The position numbers and the translations under genes were made by a program. A stretch of 63,414 nucleotides of DNA, the filler included, from Rhabdomonas costata (lineage: Eukaryota), in assembly GCA_019059605.1 (NCBI GenBank). It is 51 parts of 51 records of this genome, joined end to end, with 100 filler letters (N's around TTAATTAATTAA, not from the genome) between each part and the next. Parts side by side here need not be neighbours in the genome. Positions count along the whole stretch, not along the records: positions 59,780 to 60,924 come from JAHMHO010026401.1; positions 61,025 to 62,169 come from JAHMHO010026402.1; positions 62,270 to 63,414 come from JAHMHO010026403.1; 48 more parts are not named here. The stretch is one strand, 5' to 3'. How positions within the stretch are numbered: position 1 is the stretch's first letter; every line of letters starts with the position of its first letter. Of the stretch, positions 60,826 to 63,414 are shown in pieces. The notes beneath the pieces were generated by a model that worked only from the letters and a program-made list of their open reading frames with translations, was not told the DNA's origin and searched no databases.

Positions 60826-63414
60826 TTTTTTTTGCAAAAGAATCTGAAAAAGGTAATAGCCTCATATTCTCTCTATTGCCAAGTTCGAAAGGTTTGGCGA
60901 CCTCATCTTAATACACCCAACAAANNNNNNNNNNNNNNNNNNNNNNNNNNNNNNNNNNNNNNNNNNNNTTAATTAATTAANNNNNNNNNNNNNNNNNNNN
61001 NNNNNNNNNNNNNNNNNNNNNNNNGGGTGTGGTTTTGACTGCCTGATTCCTGTGGTGTGCTTTGGCTTCGCTCCTTTTAACAAACACGCGCACTTCAGGG
61101 GTGTGAGAGTATTCCCTTAACCTTTCACAGCTTTTCCCTATTCCCGGCTTGTGCGTAGAAGCAAGGTGAGCACGGCAACAGCCAAACCGTACGAATCAAG
61201 GCAAAGCCTAGCCAAACACCGCACGACTTACGATACACACGCGGCACATTACGAACTCAACCCATGCAACCAAAATCCCAAACAAATGCAAGAAAGAAAG
61301 ATTTCAAACGCACGACACTTCAAATCATTGCGTTACGCAATTTTCAAACTCCTAATCCAACACGTCAGGTAAAAAAGCCACAAAACACTTCCAAAGCCAC
61401 TTTTGATTCTTCAACTCGATGTGAAAAGTCTTGAAGATCCAATTCGAAGTAATATTCTTCAAAGTCCGCGGCAATCTCGACCATCACCACATCGCCGTCG
61501 AAATCCTTCGAGCTTCTTGGAAATTCTTTGCTCCACCGTGTTCTCATCTTCAAACTCTTTCAAGATAGTTCTTGTACGAGTGCAGATTCCTCCGCTTCTA
61601 ACCTTCTGCTTTCGATTCGATTCTTTTCCCGCCGCGCCCAGTTTCTTACCGAGCCTCCGGCGCTCCAACTCTACGAAAACCGAAAATTTTCTTTGCTGCT
61701 TTTGTTCCCCTTGTTTCCTTTATCTTACGAACCTGCAATCTTTTGAAAACGCTTTTTCCTTTTTAGCTGCCCTTCCCTTTGCCTCCTGGCTTCTATTTTG
61801 CTCGGCTTTTTGCTCAAACTCCGCCTTTTGACTGCTGCTACTGCTGGCTCTTTTGCTTCTTTTTTGCTCCCTCCATTTTTTCCTGCTTCTCGCTGTATCT
61901 CTTTCTCTCTGCTTCGGCCTCCTTTTTCCCACTTCTCTCTCCTGATATATGCTCTCGCTCTCTGCTTCTGGCTTTTCTTTTGTCCTTTTTGGCTCGGGCA
62001 GCTCTTCTCGTTTCTCTTTGCCCTGCCCTGCATTCCTCAGCGCTGACCTCGGCTTCGGGATGCCTCTCCTCTCGCGGGTTGTTCTTCTTCAGCTTCTCGT
62101 CCCGCTCTGCTTTTTCTCGTCGGATTGCCATCCCGCACCGGGGTCCCAGGGCGCCTTCTCCACACCCCCNNNNNNNNNNNNNNNNNNNNNNNNNNNNNNN
62201 NNNNNNNNNNNNNTTAATTAATTAANNNNNNNNNNNNNNNNNNNNNNNNNNNNNNNNNNNNNNNNNNNNGGTGGGGTTTCGGCGGGCTTGGGAGTCGGGG
62301 GTTGTGCTCGACGTCCAAGACGTTTTGCTTTCGAATCAATATTTGGGAGCAGGGAAATAATGAAAGAACAAAAAAGTAGCATCTCCGCTCAAAAAATGGG
62401 GTGGGGGAGGAATACTCCGAATGTTCTTGCAACGCCATATACCACCAGCAGGAGTGTGAAAAGACTAATAAATTTGAGAGTACCCTGGTTTAGAAGAATG
62501 ACACCAACAGGCAGGGTCAGTCAAATTTTTATTTTATTGGGAAACTTGTCTACTTTTTACGTTTGGTTTTGTGGGGGGTGAGGGAAACAAAAACAAAACT
62601 ACAAAATAGCGCTCTAACGCGTCCATCAGTCAAAGGATGCGCAGCGTACGCAGTGTTTTCAACACGATATACACGATTCGTTTAAAAGAAGGAGAAAGCA
62701 ATACGAGTTCTCTTTGGGTGGGAGTGTTCCTGCGCGTGGGGCCATATTTCATGGTGTGTTGCGTTGTTGCTGTTGTCGTTGGGTGTGCTTTAGGGTTCTC
62801 GTATTCCTTTTGAGTGTTGGAGTGCGACTTGTGGCTGGTTATCTGACTGAGCTGGCTTGTCTTAGGTCTTTTTGCGTCTACGGATGCTTATATCGTTCTT
62901 GTGCGCAGAAAGCCGGACAGACATTTTTTTCTTTTGCGGACTCCGGTCGGAGTGGCAGACTCAGCAGAAGCCAGGGCACCGCAGAAGCAAACGAAAAGCA
63001 GTGGAAGAGGATGAAAAGTGTACACTTAATCACACTTCGTCATAAGTATGGCGTTTTCACTCGTGCAAGAGAAGCTCACGAGGAGGAGCGGAGGTTATGA
63101 TATATAGTGCAGCGGGGCAAGCAACCCTTACCCAGCTGAAACGGTACTTTCGAACTACATAACACGTGTGCTTTTTAGGACGGAGAAAACATGCAACAGC
63201 AGCTTTTTTCGACCTTACCGGGGTCCATCCGAAAAGGAGACGCATGACTTCTCGACAAAAGCCATTTTACCGTACCTAGGGCACGTTAGCCAGACAACAG
63301 TGCGAAACGAGAAACCAAGAGGCCATAACCGGGAAAGACACCAAACCAAACGTAACCAACAAAAGTGATATTCTCCCGGTTCCTTTCGCATGAAAAGAAG
63401 ACTTACCAAAAAAC

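Larger units (their letters stand above)
1..63414. other. Concatenation of 51 short assembly contigs (about 1,142-1,149 bp) joined by 100-nt artificial spacers
   Basis: An identical N44-TTAATTAATTAA-N44 spacer (stops in all six frames) recurs every ~1,245 nt, first at 1147-1246. Content changes completely across each spacer. Confidence 0.99.

Noticed and set aside
61365..62169. Lys/Glu/Arg-rich minus-strand ORFs
   Set aside because: Purine-rich low complexity with stops in every frame; no family can be assigned.
1147..62269. Regularly spaced TTAATTAATTAA palindromes, and ORFs ending in XXXX-LIN
   Set aside because: Artificial contig spacer, not a CRISPR array or genomic repeat. Gene neighbourhoods across spacers are meaningless.
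1..63414. Euglenid non-conventional (non-GT-AG, end-paired) introns
   Set aside because: Every junction that could be fixed by protein homology is GT-AG. Others cannot be called without transcripts.

Overview
This window is not a contiguous locus. It is 51 unrelated contigs of about 1,145 bp, joined by an artificial N44-TTAATTAATTAA-N44 spacer. The DNA is from an intron-rich eukaryote, most likely a euglenid (inference). Support comes from a Euglenozoa-type RPS9, GT-N-Y-G-Y splice donors, AG acceptors just upstream of start codons, and a wax-ester synthase. G/T-only contig starts, A/C-only contig ends and fold-back inversions point to whole-genome-amplified material. Recognisable gene fragments are RPS9, axonemal dynein heavy chain, tubulin-tyrosine ligase, two XRN pieces, an LMBR1/LIMR protein, a CLK-type kinase, WS/DGAT, GPAT/DHAPAT, a START protein, a nucleoredoxin/tryparedoxin-like protein, an LRR protein, a membrane-anchored epimerase-like protein and a probable DUF3638-family protein. 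Four contigs appear to carry pieces of receptor-type class III nucleotide cyclases. Several repeat families recur between contigs. No rRNA, tRNA, CRISPR array, transposase or non-conventional intron could be supported. No complete novel system can be shown from these fragments. The best leads are hairpins abutting pyrimidine-poor 3' splice sites, the cyclase expansion, and a self-circular contig with 61-bp inverted repeats. All protein assignments come from motif recognition by eye, not database searches.
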